Assembly (NCBI GenBank): GCA_041697335.1
Contig: JBGUGD010000002.1
Span: 1 to 64,000 of the forward strand
Direction: 5' to 3'
Length of the DNA stretch: 64,000 nucleotides
Source of the DNA: Vampirovibrionaceae bacterium NZW_1234
GTDB taxonomy: Bacteria; Cyanobacteriota; Vampirovibrionia; Vampirovibrionales; JAGQHJ01
The notes under the pieces were generated by a model, which worked only from the letters and a program-made list of their open reading frames with translations, did not search any database and was not told where the DNA came from. The translations under genes were made by a program, and so were the position numbers. Below, in pieces: positions 33,061-43,325 of this stretch. How positions within the stretch are numbered: the first letter of the stretch is position 1; each line of letters starts with the position of its first letter.

Positions 33061-33762
33061 GTGGACATGGCACGTGTAATTTATACCCGTACGGGTGACA
33101 AAGGTGATACCAGTCTGGCCTGTGGTAGCAGGCTTCCGAAGGATGACCTTCGTATTGAAGCCTACGGCACGCTGGATGAGCTTTCCAGTATTCTGGGCGT
33201 TGTTTCTTCCCTGCTTCACAAGATGAATAAAAAGGAACGCCAGCGTTGGGCCGGTCAGCAAGCCTTGATTGAATGGATCCAGGAAAAACTCTTCACGGTT
33301 TCCAGCATGATTGCGACTGCAAATCTGCCGGCCAGTACCATGCCTGTTGTCGAAGAAGCCGACGTCCTGCTTTTGGAGCAGCACATTGATGGCATGGAGC
33401 AGGATTTGCCTGAATTGCGCAATTTTATTCTGCCCGGTGGCAGTGAATTGGTGAGTTTTCTCCATTTGGCCCGCACGGTGTGCCGTCGAGCTGAGCGGAT
33501 TTGTACGTCCTTGGATCGTGAGGCTCCTTTAAATCCTGTGATCCTGCCATTCCTCAATCGCCTCAGCGATGATCTGTTTGTGATGGCACGCTGGTTCTGC
33601 TATGTCCGGGGCGAGGAAGAAAAAATCTGGATGGGTCGAAAAGCACCCGAAACCCATCAAAGCAAAGGGCGTGCCCGGCAGGATTTGGTGGAAAAGCTGT
33701 TGAAGCAGGAAGACGGGATTGAACAACTGACCTTATTCCAGCCTTCGGATGAATCTGCCTAA
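33061..33762 (+). CDS. cob(I)alamin adenosyltransferase, PduO type
   Basis: IYTRTGDKGDT, AYGTLDEL, FILPGG, ARTVCRRAER, LNRLSD. Confidence 0.95.
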   Translation: MDMARVIYTRTGDKGDTSLACGSRLPKDDLRIEAYGTLDELSSILGVVSSLLHKMNKKERQRWAGQQALIEWIQEKLFTVSSMIATANLPASTMPVVEEADVLLLEQHIDGMEQDLPELRNFILPGGSELVSFLHLARTVCRRAERICTSLDREAPLNPVILPFLNRLSDDLFVMARWFCYVRGEEEKIWMGRKAPETHQSKGRARQDLVEKLLKQEDGIEQLTLFQPSDESA

Positions 33763-33975
33763 GCTCTTTAATCATTTTTTAACGCAGCTCTTCTTCTCAT
33801 CTTGTTTTTATATAAACAATAGATCTGATGAGACGAGTATGAGCAAGGGCATAGGTATCGAAATGGCTTTAAATTGATGTCTGGTCTGTGTCTGGCAATA
33901 ACACAAGTTGATAAGCCTGCTGAATAAGCATGTTTTTAAGCATTGAGTTAGAGCAAGATTGAGTTAGGACTGGGC

Positions 33976-34088
33976 GATGTTGATTGAGAGGCTCTCGTTT
34001 CCGAGGACCTTCTCTTGACACATCCACGCAAAAAGTCGGTCACTCTGGAAGCGCGGCAACTTTTTCCGGAAGCCGACTTTTTGTTTTG
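33976..34088 (+). ncRNA. candidate two-hairpin structured RNA element
   Basis: Stem GATGT..GAGAGG..CTCG/CGAG..CCTTCTC..ACATC, then CAAAAAGTCGG/CCGACTTTTTG stem and T-rich tail. Confidence 0.35.
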
Positions 34089-34144
34089 TCGAAAATTACC
34101 GACACAGGCAATTTGTCCTATGGACGGGCTCGGCTATAGTCTCA

Positions 34145-34301
34145 AATATAGTCTTGAATCGCCTGCACATGAGTGCTTGAGGCATTAAAAAACTCTGATC
34201 CAGACGGACGGAGGGGTTTAGGTATTTCGAACTTGATTGACGAATACACACAGTAAACCGTTATTTTCTAAAACAGACCTGTCCCCAGCAGGTTTTTTTT
34301 T
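34145..34301 (+). ncRNA. candidate small RNA with own promoter and terminator
   Basis: TTGTCC-16-TATAGT upstream, several internal hairpins, ACCTG/CAGGT stem plus T9. Confidence 0.45.
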
Positions 34302-34386
34302 GCTCCGGGCTGATAGCCCAACAGAGGCTTTGAGGATTAAGATTTTGTTCTGCAAATTGCTTTGAACGGTTCATCGTATTGCGAAA

Positions 34387-34418
34387 AGCCCGCTTGGATT
34401 TAAGAGTCCAAGCGGGCT
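34387..34418 (-). terminator. intrinsic terminator of the repeat-peptide gene
   Basis: AGCCCGCTTGGA-tttaagag-TCCAAGCGGGCT with A run on the left. Confidence 0.85.
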
Positions 34419-34440
34419 GAAAAGGTGTAATTGGTTTAAT

Positions 34441-34770
34441 TTACTTTCGAGGCTGTAGCCCTGGGGGCGTCAGATGACCACTGGCGTCCATTATTGGAAA
34501 ATTAAAGGGCTGATCTGAATTACTTCTCCAGCGAGCGCTATTGGGATCTCGAATCGGAGGCATGCCCGGTGGTGTCAGTGATCCGTCGGCGTCCATTATT
34601 GGAAAATTAAAGGGCTGAGTTGTATTATTACTCCAACGGGCGCAGTTGGGATCACGAATGGGTAACGCCCCAGGTGGGGTTATAGAGCCATCCGCATCCG
34701 TCACTAAATGCGTGGATGGTGAGATCGGTTGTGTACCCACGCGCGGACCTTGTGCTGTAATTCCAACCAT
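34441..34770 (-). CDS. 109-aa protein made of about 2.4 tandem 35-aa repeats
   Basis: AAGGGGAG RBS; repeats DADGS(I/L)TPPG..PIRDPN.ARW....QPFNFPIM; own terminator. Confidence 0.85.
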   Translation of the reverse strand: MVGITAQGPRVGTQPISPSTHLVTDADGSITPPGALPIRDPNCARWSNNTTQPFNFPIMDADGSLTPPGMPPIRDPNSARWRSNSDQPFNFPIMDASGHLTPPGLQPRK

Positions 34771-35078
34771 GGCGATTTTCTCCCCTTAATTCATTTATTA
34801 ACCAGTGTACGATGTGCTCAGTTATATAAAGTCCAATTTTGAAGGGTCTGTGTTGCTTTTTAAAGAACTGTCGCCAAAGTTGTATTTTTAAGCAAAGCGT
34901 TTACATTCCTAAACCCGGATGGCATTGGACAATTTGGATTTTTAGTGGGGAATAAATGGGCAAAGGATTGTAACACTTCAGGCGTGTAACTGAAGGTTAA
35001 GCACCTCTGGCTCGACACGACGGAATCAAGAATCGGGATAACGTGTTGGTCAGCCTTGGTTTGAAAGGAGATTTGTAC

Positions 35079-35228
35079 ATGATTCCAGAAGTTGTTCGGG
35101 GAGATTTTTTGCATGACATGTTGGAGCCGCATCGGGTCACTTTGGCAAAGTCGGTGCCTTCGTTGCAGTGGGATGTGAAGATCGTATTAATGCGAGAGAC
35201 CCTGGAAGCGCTCTACTATCAAAATTAG
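35079..35228 (+). CDS. small hypothetical protein (49 aa)
   Basis: AAAGGAG RBS before ATG 35079. Confidence 0.5.
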   Translation: MIPEVVRGDFLHDMLEPHRVTLAKSVPSLQWDVKIVLMRETLEALYYQN

Positions 35229-35447
35229 ACCGAAATGTCAGCTATATACGGGTATTTAGGCTTGTCCACTGCCCGTTTTTCAATTGCCTGTGATATGGAG
35301 ATCGCAGGCAATCGTATTTTTTAGCGTTCAAGATGTACGTTTTCAAAAAGACTGTCAAAAATATCGTTTTACCGGGTTTAGTGTGAGCGAGATGCACTGT
35401 ACCTAACTGTTCACCTTGTGGTGAACCAGACGATTGGAAGAACTATT

Positions 35448-37070
35448 ATGCATTGCCCCAAAATACGTTTTGGATACACACTGACTTATGAAGGCTTAAC
35501 CCGCAAGGAATTGGCGGCCAGTGTTCAACAATGCGGTTTCGATCGATTTGAGTCGGCCAAAGCCGCACTGTTGGTTCAGGATGAGGATTACGAGAATATG
35601 CGCCAGTTCTGGTCCTGGTATCCTCGGGCCGATTTGGTTCGGGACACCATGATACGAACCATTGAGCAAAGTGCGCAATCTGGAGAATTACGGTTAAACG
35701 CAGACACCATGATGCGTCAGTTTCGATGTTCCGAACAGGAATTAAGCCTGGTGCTTTCAACCTATCGGCAACTGGCTAAAGGCCAAGGATATGTTATGGC
35801 GCCATTTTTATTCGATGAATCGACTAACAGTTGGACGACGCGTTTTCGTAAAGCCAATTCCGGGAACCTGCCGGCGTTTAATTTGAAAGTATACCAGGCC
35901 TTAAAGCGTTATTTGTTTGAAGAACGTAAACGTTCCGGTGTGTCCGTCAATTTGCCGCTATCCTTCGGCGAGATTTTAAACCGGCCGGGCCAAAAAATAA
36001 CCATTGAGGCGGATGGGGATATGGCTGAGTTGACGGCCGGAAGCCGTGGAGAATTGTGGGTTCGTGGCAAAGGGCAGAATAATACGGTTGCTATTCTCGA
36101 TAATACAATACAGGGTGAGCAGATTACGCCCTTGTTTGAATCCATGCGTCTGCTTTCCCCCAACGATAAGATCATTGTGGGAAACCGTATTTTGGTTGTA
36201 AAGCCTGATATGAAGCTGGACTTGTACAGCAATAATGCCACGATGCTGAAGCAATTATTTCCCAAAGGGATTGCATATGAATCATTCCAGCAGAATAACA
36301 TTGGAGACTGTTATTTATTGTCCTCCCTGGATGCCCTGGCCAAAAATCCCATGGGGGAAGCCGTGCTGGCCCGTATGATTCAGGCTGGGAAGAACGGGGG
36401 CTGGGAAGTTGAATTTCCCGATGGGGAAATGATTGAAGTGACACCGCAGGATTTGCGTCGCTACTGGCTCTCGGATCAACAGGAGTATCGGATGCCGGTG
36501 CGTGGCTGTTTGGGATGGCAAATCTTGGAGCGGGCGTTTGGCAAACGCTTAAAAAGCCAGGATGCCGATGGGGGGCAGGTGAAGAACCACCATACGCTGT
36601 TGGCGCTTGAGAACGCGTATAAACATACCAATGGTCGATATGACTTTGGACACCGGGTCCTGCACGAGATGACCGGTTGGCAAAAGTACTTTGTCCGAAC
36701 GCCAAAAGAGGATCAGCTCCATTTGGACCATCAACCCTATGCCAAGGACGACTTCTTTAGAATCCTGGATCAAATTGGCTCTCGTCCTGAATCTTTTGTT
36801 GCTACGGCCAATACGCCTTCATATAGGCATGCCCGTTTTCACATTCCGAATCCAAATGGACGCACCCGATACTTTATGGATGCGCAAGGCCAGTTTATGA
36901 CCAGTCACGTGTATTCCATCCGGCGCATCGATCCGGCGACCAAGACGGTCACTCTTGTGAATCCGTGGGACACATCAAAACCGATTGGTCTGTCCTATGA
37001 GGATTTTTACGATATGTTTGCCTCGATTTCCTATGTCGAAGTACCCACCCACGAGATGGTTCTTAAATAA
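35448..37070 (+). CDS. calpain-like (C2) cysteine protease with IRFG leader
   Basis: QNNIGDCYLLSSL, SHVYSI, LVNPWD catalytic triad motifs. Confidence 0.88.
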   Translation: MHCPKIRFGYTLTYEGLTRKELAASVQQCGFDRFESAKAALLVQDEDYENMRQFWSWYPRADLVRDTMIRTIEQSAQSGELRLNADTMMRQFRCSEQELSLVLSTYRQLAKGQGYVMAPFLFDESTNSWTTRFRKANSGNLPAFNLKVYQALKRYLFEERKRSGVSVNLPLSFGEILNRPGQKITIEADGDMAELTAGSRGELWVRGKGQNNTVAILDNTIQGEQITPLFESMRLLSPNDKIIVGNRILVVKPDMKLDLYSNNATMLKQLFPKGIAYESFQQNNIGDCYLLSSLDALAKNPMGEAVLARMIQAGKNGGWEVEFPDGEMIEVTPQDLRRYWLSDQQEYRMPVRGCLGWQILERAFGKRLKSQDADGGQVKNHHTLLALENAYKHTNGRYDFGHRVLHEMTGWQKYFVRTPKEDQLHLDHQPYAKDDFFRILDQIGSRPESFVATANTPSYRHARFHIPNPNGRTRYFMDAQGQFMTSHVYSIRRIDPATKTVTLVNPWDTSKPIGLSYEDFYDMFASISYVEVPTHEMVLK

Positions 37071-37104
37071 GGCTATTTCTTGGAGCAGACGAATCAGACT
37101 GTGC

Positions 37105-37716
37105 TTATCGGTGTTGATACCAGCCGGGGTCGCTGTTGGGGTTGCCTCCGGTATAGGGCAGGATGGTTCCATCTACAAGGGTAATGGTTTTCCCGGGCGG
37201 CAAGGTGCCTCGTGTGTGGACGCGCCCATGGACATCAAGAACCAGGGTTACGGCTTTACCGGTGCTGTCTGCCCGATGTGAGACTCGGCCGTCAGGATCC
37301 AGGTCGAGGACCAGAACGTTGTCAACATCGTTCCGAAAACGTTGATCCGGAAAATGGATAATCGCGCCACTGGGTGTCCGATAACAGTATTCACCCTTTC
37401 CGTTGCACAGAACACGACCAGAGACGGCGGGACTGTAGTCTACTTTGGCGCCGGTGTCTCGTTTGAATTTAAACGCTGATTCCATGAGGGTTGAAAGGCG
37501 TGTTTCTCCATCTTTCAACCGGTTTTCCCGGACGAGAGTGCCATAATGGTTTTTAATTGAATCGATATCGTCTTGAACGGCTGCGTATTGGTAATGTTGA
37601 AGCCGGACCATGGCCATCGGCGGAATGGCAAAGGCCGCAATCAGCCCAAGCAGCGCCACGCCTGAGACGACTTCAAGCAGGTTGAACCCTAAAAAACGTT
37701 GGTGCATGTGAACCAT
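37105..37716 (-). CDS. prepilin-type (type IV pilin/T2SS pseudopilin) protein
   Basis: G|FNLLEVVSGVALLGLIAAFAIP N-methylation motif. Confidence 0.85.
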   Translation of the reverse strand: MVHMHQRFLGFNLLEVVSGVALLGLIAAFAIPPMAMVRLQHYQYAAVQDDIDSIKNHYGTLVRENRLKDGETRLSTLMESAFKFKRDTGAKVDYSPAVSGRVLCNGKGEYCYRTPSGAIIHFPDQRFRNDVDNVLVLDLDPDGRVSHRADSTGKAVTLVLDVHGRVHTRGTLPPGKTITLVDGTILPYTGGNPNSDPGWYQHR

Positions 37717-37802
37717 TCCATGTCAGTGCGCTACGGGGGATATCGTCCAGATTTTAAAAATCTGTAACATCCTGAAACCCTCGGGCATCCAAGCAATTTG
37801 AA

Positions 37803-39974
37803 TTACTGAGAAAAGCGCATGGTGAGCGAGATTCGCTTGCGGGGAATGTCGACTTCAAGAACCTTCACCCGAACAATATCGCCGGTTTTGACGACGGCAT
37901 GCGGGTCTTTTACAAAAGTATCCGCCAGCATGGAGATATGAACAAGGCCATCCTGATGCACCCCGATGTCAACAAAGGCCCCAAAATTGGTCACATTGGT
38001 GACAACACCCTCCAGAACCATGTCCGGTTTCAGGTCGCTTAGGGTTTCCACTCCCTCTTTAAAGCTGGCCGTTCTGAATTCGGGCCGGGGATCCCGGCCG
38101 GGTTTATCGAGTTCCGACAGGATGTCCTGGACGGTAGGAAGACCAAATGTGGTGTCGGTAAACTGAGCGGGGTTAAGGCTTTTTAGAAAAGCGGTATCTC
38201 CCATAATGGCCTTAATGTCTCGCCCGGATGCTTTAACAATCCGCTCAACCACGGGGTAGGCCTCGGGATGGACGGCAGAGGCATCCAGGGGATTCGAGCC
38301 GTTCATAATGCGAAGAAACCCGGCACTTTGTTCAAAGGCTTTCGGACCCAGTTTCGGGACTTTTTTCAGACTGTCCCGGTTGGGAAAAGGACCATGTTGG
38401 TTTCGGTAATCGACAATGGACTTTGCCAGACTTTTTGAGAGGCCTGAAACATAGGTCAACAGAGACGGCGAGGCCATGTTGACATCCACGCCCACGGCAT
38501 TCACACAATCCTCCACCACGGTGTCCAGCATTTGCGAGAGTTGGGTTTGATTTACATCGTGCTGGTACTGCCCAACCCCAATGGCCTTGGGATCAATTTT
38601 AACCAGCTCGGCCAGGGGATCTTGCAGGCGGCGGGCGATGGAGACGGCTCCCCGGAGTGAGACATCCAGATTGGGGAGTTCTTCCGTGGCCAAGGCCGAT
38701 GCCGAGTAGACCGAGGCTCCAGCTTCGGACACCACCATCTTGGTCAGCTTTAGGTCAGGCTGTTGTTTGATGAGATCCTGTGCCAAACGCTCCGTTTCTC
38801 GGGAGGCCGTGCCATTGCCGATGCTAATTAACGAGACTCCATGGGTTTTTGCCAATGTGGCCAAGGTTGTAAGGGATTGTTGCCATTGGTTTTGCGGGGG
38901 GTGAGGATAGATCGTCGCGGTTGCCAGCAATTGGCCGGTTGGGTCAATGACGGCTACCTTGACACCGGTTCTGAGGCCCGGATCCAACCCCATCACAGTT
39001 TTGGGGCCCGCAGGGGCAGATAAAAGCAGGTTTTTGAGATTGCGGGCAAATACCCGAATGGCTTCTTCTTCGGCTTGGTCTTTTAGTTGATTGATGAGTT
39101 CCGTTTCCAGATGCGGTAACAGCTTGCTGCGCCAGCACTCCGAAACAGCTTCCAGAAGCCAGTTGTCGGCAGGGCGATGACGTTGCTCAATTCTGAATTT
39201 GCGGGCAATGCGTCCCTCAATTTGAGCGGTTGCTTCGGCTAACCGATCGTCGGAAGCGGGTTGGATACTCAGTTTCAAGATGGATTCCTGACGCCCCCGT
39301 AAAATGGCCAATGCCCGATGTGAAGGGACTTTGTTGAGGGGCTCACTATAGTCAAAGTAGTCGGAAAACTTGGCGCCGGCTTCTTTTTTGCCTCGCATCA
39401 CCGTGGCCGTCAGAATTCCAAAGCGCCAGAGTTGGGTCCGGAAGGCGCCTACGAGTTCCGCATCTTCAGACATCATTTCCATCAAAATTTCTGTGGCGCC
39501 GTTCAGAGCGGCCTTGGCGTCGGGAATGTCTTTCTCTGGGTTGATAAACCGAGATGCAACCTGCTCCGGCACGTGCGTCGGGTTTTGTAGAAGCGATAGT
39601 GCCAGCGGCTCCAAACCTGCTTCCCGAGCCACTTGGGCTTTGGTACGTCGTTTGGGCTTATAGGGCAAGTACAGATCTTCCAGGCGAGCTTTGGTGTCGG
39701 CGTTCAGAAGAGCCTCTCTTAATTCCGGCGTGAGTTTGCCCAGGGATTCAATGCTTTGTAAGATAGCTTCCCGACGTTTTTCCAGATCTCGCAAATAGGT
39801 TAGCCGCTCTTCCAGGGTGCGAAGCTGCTCATCCGTTAAATTGCCGGTGGCCTCTTTTCGGTACCGGGCAATAAAGGGAACGGTCGCGCCGTCATCCAGA
39901 AGCTGAACGGCGGCATTGACCTGTTGATGTCGGACGTTCAGCTCCTGAGCCAGTTGCTCGAAGACAGACTTCAT
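37803..39974 (-). CDS. tex: Tex family RNA-binding transcriptional accessory protein
   Basis: [28 protein letters not shown]-terminal S1 domain. Confidence 0.97.
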   Translation of the reverse strand: MKSVFEQLAQELNVRHQQVNAAVQLLDDGATVPFIARYRKEATGNLTDEQLRTLEERLTYLRDLEKRREAILQSIESLGKLTPELREALLNADTKARLEDLYLPYKPKRRTKAQVAREAGLEPLALSLLQNPTHVPEQVASRFINPEKDIPDAKAALNGATEILMEMMSEDAELVGAFRTQLWRFGILTATVMRGKKEAGAKFSDYFDYSEPLNKVPSHRALAILRGRQESILKLSIQPASDDRLAEATAQIEGRIARKFRIEQRHRPADNWLLEAVSECWRSKLLPHLETELINQLKDQAEEEAIRVFARNLKNLLLSAPAGPKTVMGLDPGLRTGVKVAVIDPTGQLLATATIYPHPPQNQWQQSLTTLATLAKTHGVSLISIGNGTASRETERLAQDLIKQQPDLKLTKMVVSEAGASVYSASALATEELPNLDVSLRGAVSIARRLQDPLAELVKIDPKAIGVGQYQHDVNQTQLSQMLDTVVEDCVNAVGVDVNMASPSLLTYVSGLSKSLAKSIVDYRNQHGPFPNRDSLKKVPKLGPKAFEQSAGFLRIMNGSNPLDASAVHPEAYPVVERIVKASGRDIKAIMGDTAFLKSLNPAQFTDTTFGLPTVQDILSELDKPGRDPRPEFRTASFKEGVETLSDLKPDMVLEGVVTNVTNFGAFVDIGVHQDGLVHISMLADTFVKDPHAVVKTGDIVRVKVLEVDIPRKRISLTMRFSQ

Positions 39975-40159
39975 TGAGCGTAGCTACCCTCGAGCCAGAC
40001 GTGACGTGTCAGGGGGTCGGTCTTGACGATGGCCCATTGTAGAATATGGGCGTTCTCCGGTAGCTGGCTTTTTGCCAGGCTTTCAACCATGGCAATGGTG
40101 GGCGGGAACTGCTCCACTGGGCCGGTAATCTGAAAACTTTCGACGAGTTGGTAGGCCAT
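39971..40159 (-). CDS. small hypothetical protein between glmS and tex
   Basis: ATGA overlap with tex start; 14 bp after glmS stop. Confidence 0.6.
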   Translation of the reverse strand: MAYQLVESFQITGPVEQFPPTIAMVESLAKSQLPENAHILQWAIVKTDPLTRHVWLEGSYAQ

Positions 40160-40173
40160 GGGTCACTCGAGGG

Positions 40174-42027
40174 CTATTCCACGGTGACGCTCTTGGCCAG
40201 GTTACGAGGCTGATCCACGTCTTTGCCCAGGTATTCGGCAATGTAATAGGACAGGAGCTGGAGCGGAATAACCTGTAAAATGGGGGACAACAGTTCTTCC
40301 ACGTCGGGAATCAGCATCACATCCTCGAAGGTGTCACAAACATCGGCGGGGACCTCGCCACAGTTTACCCCAATAACCTTGGCGTCACGAGCTTTGGCCT
40401 CCTGGCAATTGGAAATCATCTTGTCGTAGACAATGCCCTTGGTCAGTAGCGCTACAACCGGGATGGATTCATCTAGCATGGCAATGGGACCATGCTTTAA
40501 CTCACTGGCAGAGTAGCCTTCGGCATGAATGTAGCTGATTTCCTTAAGCTTAAGAGCGCCTTCCAGTGCAACCGGGTAGTTGATCCCCCGAGCCATAAAG
40601 ATCATGTCCCGGACATTGCCGTACTTCCGGGCAATAGCCTGGATATTTTCGGAATTGTGCAGCACGTTTTCCACCAGGGCCGGGAGGCGTTGCAGCCCTG
40701 CTTTGATCTCTCTCAAACGTTCCGGGGGGGCCGTGTTACGCTGCTCTGCCAGGTAGAGGCCCAACAGGTAGAAAACGATGACTTGTGCCGTAAAGCTTTT
40801 GGTGGCACAAACACTGACTTCAAGACCGGCACGGACCGGCAGCACCAAATTGGCTTCGCGGGCAATGGTGGATTCTTCCCGGTTGGTGATGGCCAGAACC
40901 AACGCTCCTTTTTCCTTGCATTGGCGCAGGGCGGTGATTGTGTCTGCCGTTTCGCCCGACTGAGAGATAGCAACCACCAGGGTTTTTTCATTCACAATGG
41001 GGTTCCGGTAACGGAATTCTCCAGCAGATTCCACATCGACCGGGATACGGACCAGATCTTCAATGAAGTAGCGGCCAACCATGCCGGCATGAAACGAGGT
41101 GCCACAGGCCACGACGGAAATGCGTTCGACATGAGCCAGACGTTGGAGAAGCTCGGAGTCGCTAAACAAAGCCACAGGCTCTTCGGGTGTAATCAAACGA
41201 CCGCTCAGGGAGTTGCGAACCACGTCGGGCTGCTCATAGATCTCCTTGAGCATATAGTGCTTGTAGCCTTTTTTGTCCATAATCAAGCTATTGCCGGTAA
41301 TGGTTTCAATTGCAGGTTGCACAGGCTCCCCGCGGAAGTTGATGACTCGGAAGCCGTCGGTTGATAACTCAACAATTTCGCCATCTCGGAGGTAAGCGAC
41401 ATTACGGGTGTGCTCGACCAGGGCGACCACGTCGCTGCCAAGGAACATTTCGCCTTCACCGACACCCACCACCAGGGGAGCATGATTTCGAATGCCGTAT
41501 AGCTTGTCGGGCTGGCGTTTGTCCAGGATAACCATGGCATAAGCGCCGACCAGGCGTTGGGTCACTTTCTGCAAGACTTTCAGAAAGTCCGGTTCGGTTT
41601 TGCTGATTTCGGAAATCAAGTGCACGACGCATTCGGTATCGGTGTTGGAGAGAAACTTGTAGCCTTTTTGAGTCAGCTCATCCCGGATAATACCGTAGTT
41701 TTCGACAATGCCGTTATGAATCAAGGCAATGTTGCCATCGTTGCTGACGTGAGGGTGGGCATTCTGATCGGTGGGAGCGCCATGGGTGGCCCAACGGGTA
41801 TGGCCCATGCCAATGTGGGTTGCGTGTCCGTTTTCTGAGAACACGGTTTCAGGCAGGCGGTTGCGTAAATTAATCAGTTTACCTGAGGCTTTGTAAACGT
41901 TGAGCTGGTCTTCGTCCAGGAAGGCGACGCCAGCCGAATCATAACCCCGGTATTCCAAATGCTGGAGGCTGTCCAAGATAACCGGAACAATCGATTTTTT
42001 ACCAAGATAACCAACGATACCGCACAT
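40174..42027 (-). CDS. glmS: glutamine--fructose-6-phosphate transaminase (isomerizing)
   Basis: MCGIVG, EYRGYDSAG, HTRWATHG, SQSGETAD, PRNLAKSVTVE. Confidence 0.99.
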   Translation of the reverse strand: MCGIVGYLGKKSIVPVILDSLQHLEYRGYDSAGVAFLDEDQLNVYKASGKLINLRNRLPETVFSENGHATHIGMGHTRWATHGAPTDQNAHPHVSNDGNIALIHNGIVENYGIIRDELTQKGYKFLSNTDTECVVHLISEISKTEPDFLKVLQKVTQRLVGAYAMVILDKRQPDKLYGIRNHAPLVVGVGEGEMFLGSDVVALVEHTRNVAYLRDGEIVELSTDGFRVINFRGEPVQPAIETITGNSLIMDKKGYKHYMLKEIYEQPDVVRNSLSGRLITPEEPVALFSDSELLQRLAHVERISVVACGTSFHAGMVGRYFIEDLVRIPVDVESAGEFRYRNPIVNEKTLVVAISQSGETADTITALRQCKEKGALVLAITNREESTIAREANLVLPVRAGLEVSVCATKSFTAQVIVFYLLGLYLAEQRNTAPPERLREIKAGLQRLPALVENVLHNSENIQAIARKYGNVRDMIFMARGINYPVALEGALKLKEISYIHAEGYSASELKHGPIAMLDESIPVVALLTKGIVYDKMISNCQEAKARDAKVIGVNCGEVPADVCDTFEDVMLIPDVEELLSPILQVIPLQLLSYYIAEYLGKDVDQPRNLAKSVTVE

Positions 42028-42090
42028 AATGCACCTTACACGTGTCGCTACTTCAGAGGGGGGTGGATCGCCTCATGCGTCCTTTCTTAC

Positions 42091-42119
42091 ATTATGGGAG
42101 AAGGATCCGGCCTGTGCAA
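42091..42119 (-). promoter_or_regulatory. sigma70-type promoter of glmS
   Basis: Minus strand TTGCAC-17 bp-CATAAT about 65 bp upstream of the ATG. Confidence 0.6.
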
Positions 42120-42542
42120 TCCTGAACTTCTGTAGGCCAATGAAAAAGAAACATAAAGTAAAATTGCGTCGTTCGTATATTACCTAACTTAGCCAATTTG
42201 TGGGACTGTTGGGGCATCGTTTTCCGAGGGAAAGCGTGCAAATTTGTAACAGTTTGTCACGGCCTTTGGGGATGTTGGAGAATTTTTGGCCTGCCAGGGT
42301 TTAATTCATATACAGTTGTTCCATGACCATAGGCGTGTGGGGAACCTACCGAGGTTTGACCCGTCATTTGGATCAGTCCGTTTGGACGTGGTTATTGAAT
42401 GATGACTGCTGAGATGATGACCTGTTCAGACACATTGCCTTTCAAGGGAATCGTTTTACAATGCTGTATAGCAGGACCTTTATCCAGTGCAGGCATCTGA
42501 AATCACCCTTCTGCTATCCTGGAAAATTAGAGGATTAATGAG

Positions 42543-43199
42543 ATGCAAGTGAAACGCCAGGGAAGTCGATCCATCCTTAGGATGCTTATGACGAATCAGT
42601 ATTGTTCTTTTGGTCGTCGCGTTGCCCTTATCTTGGGCATATTGCTGGTTACTTCGCCCGGGGTTGTTCTGGCGGAATCAGTGGTTTCCGTGACGCCACC
42701 GGCTACCGAAGTCGCTGCTCCAGCTTCAGGTGGTGTGGCCATGATGAGTATTGTTGGTCCCGCCGGAGTAGTCGAGCAATTGCAAGCCATTCATCGCCTG
42801 GGTCAGAGTGTTTCCAAGGAGTCCTTGGCCGGGTTGGTTTCGGCTCTGGATTCGTCCTATCCGCTGGCACGTCGAAAAGCCTCCTCTACTTTGTTGGAGT
42901 CCATTAAACTGGTTGAACCCGAGGAAAAGCGCTGGCTGGTGGTGGCGTTGGCCGATGCGTTACGGAACTCCGATGTGATGGTGCGCAAGAATATTGTTCG
43001 CCTGATGGCTGTTGCCGGTGTGCCCGAGGCCAATCAGGCCCTGCGACAGTTCTTTCAGCATTCGGATAAGCCATCTCAGCTGACGGCGGTTGAGGCCCTG
43101 TCTTCCAGTCAAGGTCCCTACCGTCAGGCCCTGGGGTTGGTGACCCAGATCTCGCCCTATGAAGAAGTCCGCCAGGCTGCTTCCGCTGAACTGAAGTAA
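42543..43199 (+). CDS. exported HEAT-repeat protein
   Basis: Signal peptide (VVLA-E) and LxDxxxxVRxxA-type helical repeats. Confidence 0.75.
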   Translation: MQVKRQGSRSILRMLMTNQYCSFGRRVALILGILLVTSPGVVLAESVVSVTPPATEVAAPASGGVAMMSIVGPAGVVEQLQAIHRLGQSVSKESLAGLVSALDSSYPLARRKASSTLLESIKLVEPEEKRWLVVALADALRNSDVMVRKNIVRLMAVAGVPEANQALRQFFQHSDKPSQLTAVEALSSSQGPYRQALGLVTQISPYEEVRQAASAELK

Positions 43200-43325
43200 G
43201 CTGATTGCTCTGAATTGCCCTGCTGGACTGGCTCTTTCGTCAATTGACGCCTGTCCTGTTGATTGGTTTTGGTACAATGGCGTCAGAGTAGCTCCCGGCA
43301 AATATGGAATTGAGGCAGGTTAATC

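Noticed and set aside
32780..34440. cobalamin riboswitch near the PduO gene
   Set aside because: No B12-box-like consensus seen upstream or downstream.
34441..34770. CRISPR array or DGR repeat interpretation of the 105-bp repeats
   Set aside because: Repeats are in-frame coding units with synonymous variation, no unique spacers, no cas or reverse transcriptase nearby.
40525..41364. 279-aa plus-strand ORF
   Set aside because: Antisense shadow of glmS.
42028..42300. glmS ribozyme upstream of glmS
   Set aside because: No recognisable ribozyme core; the predicted promoter leaves only about 55-60 nt of leader.
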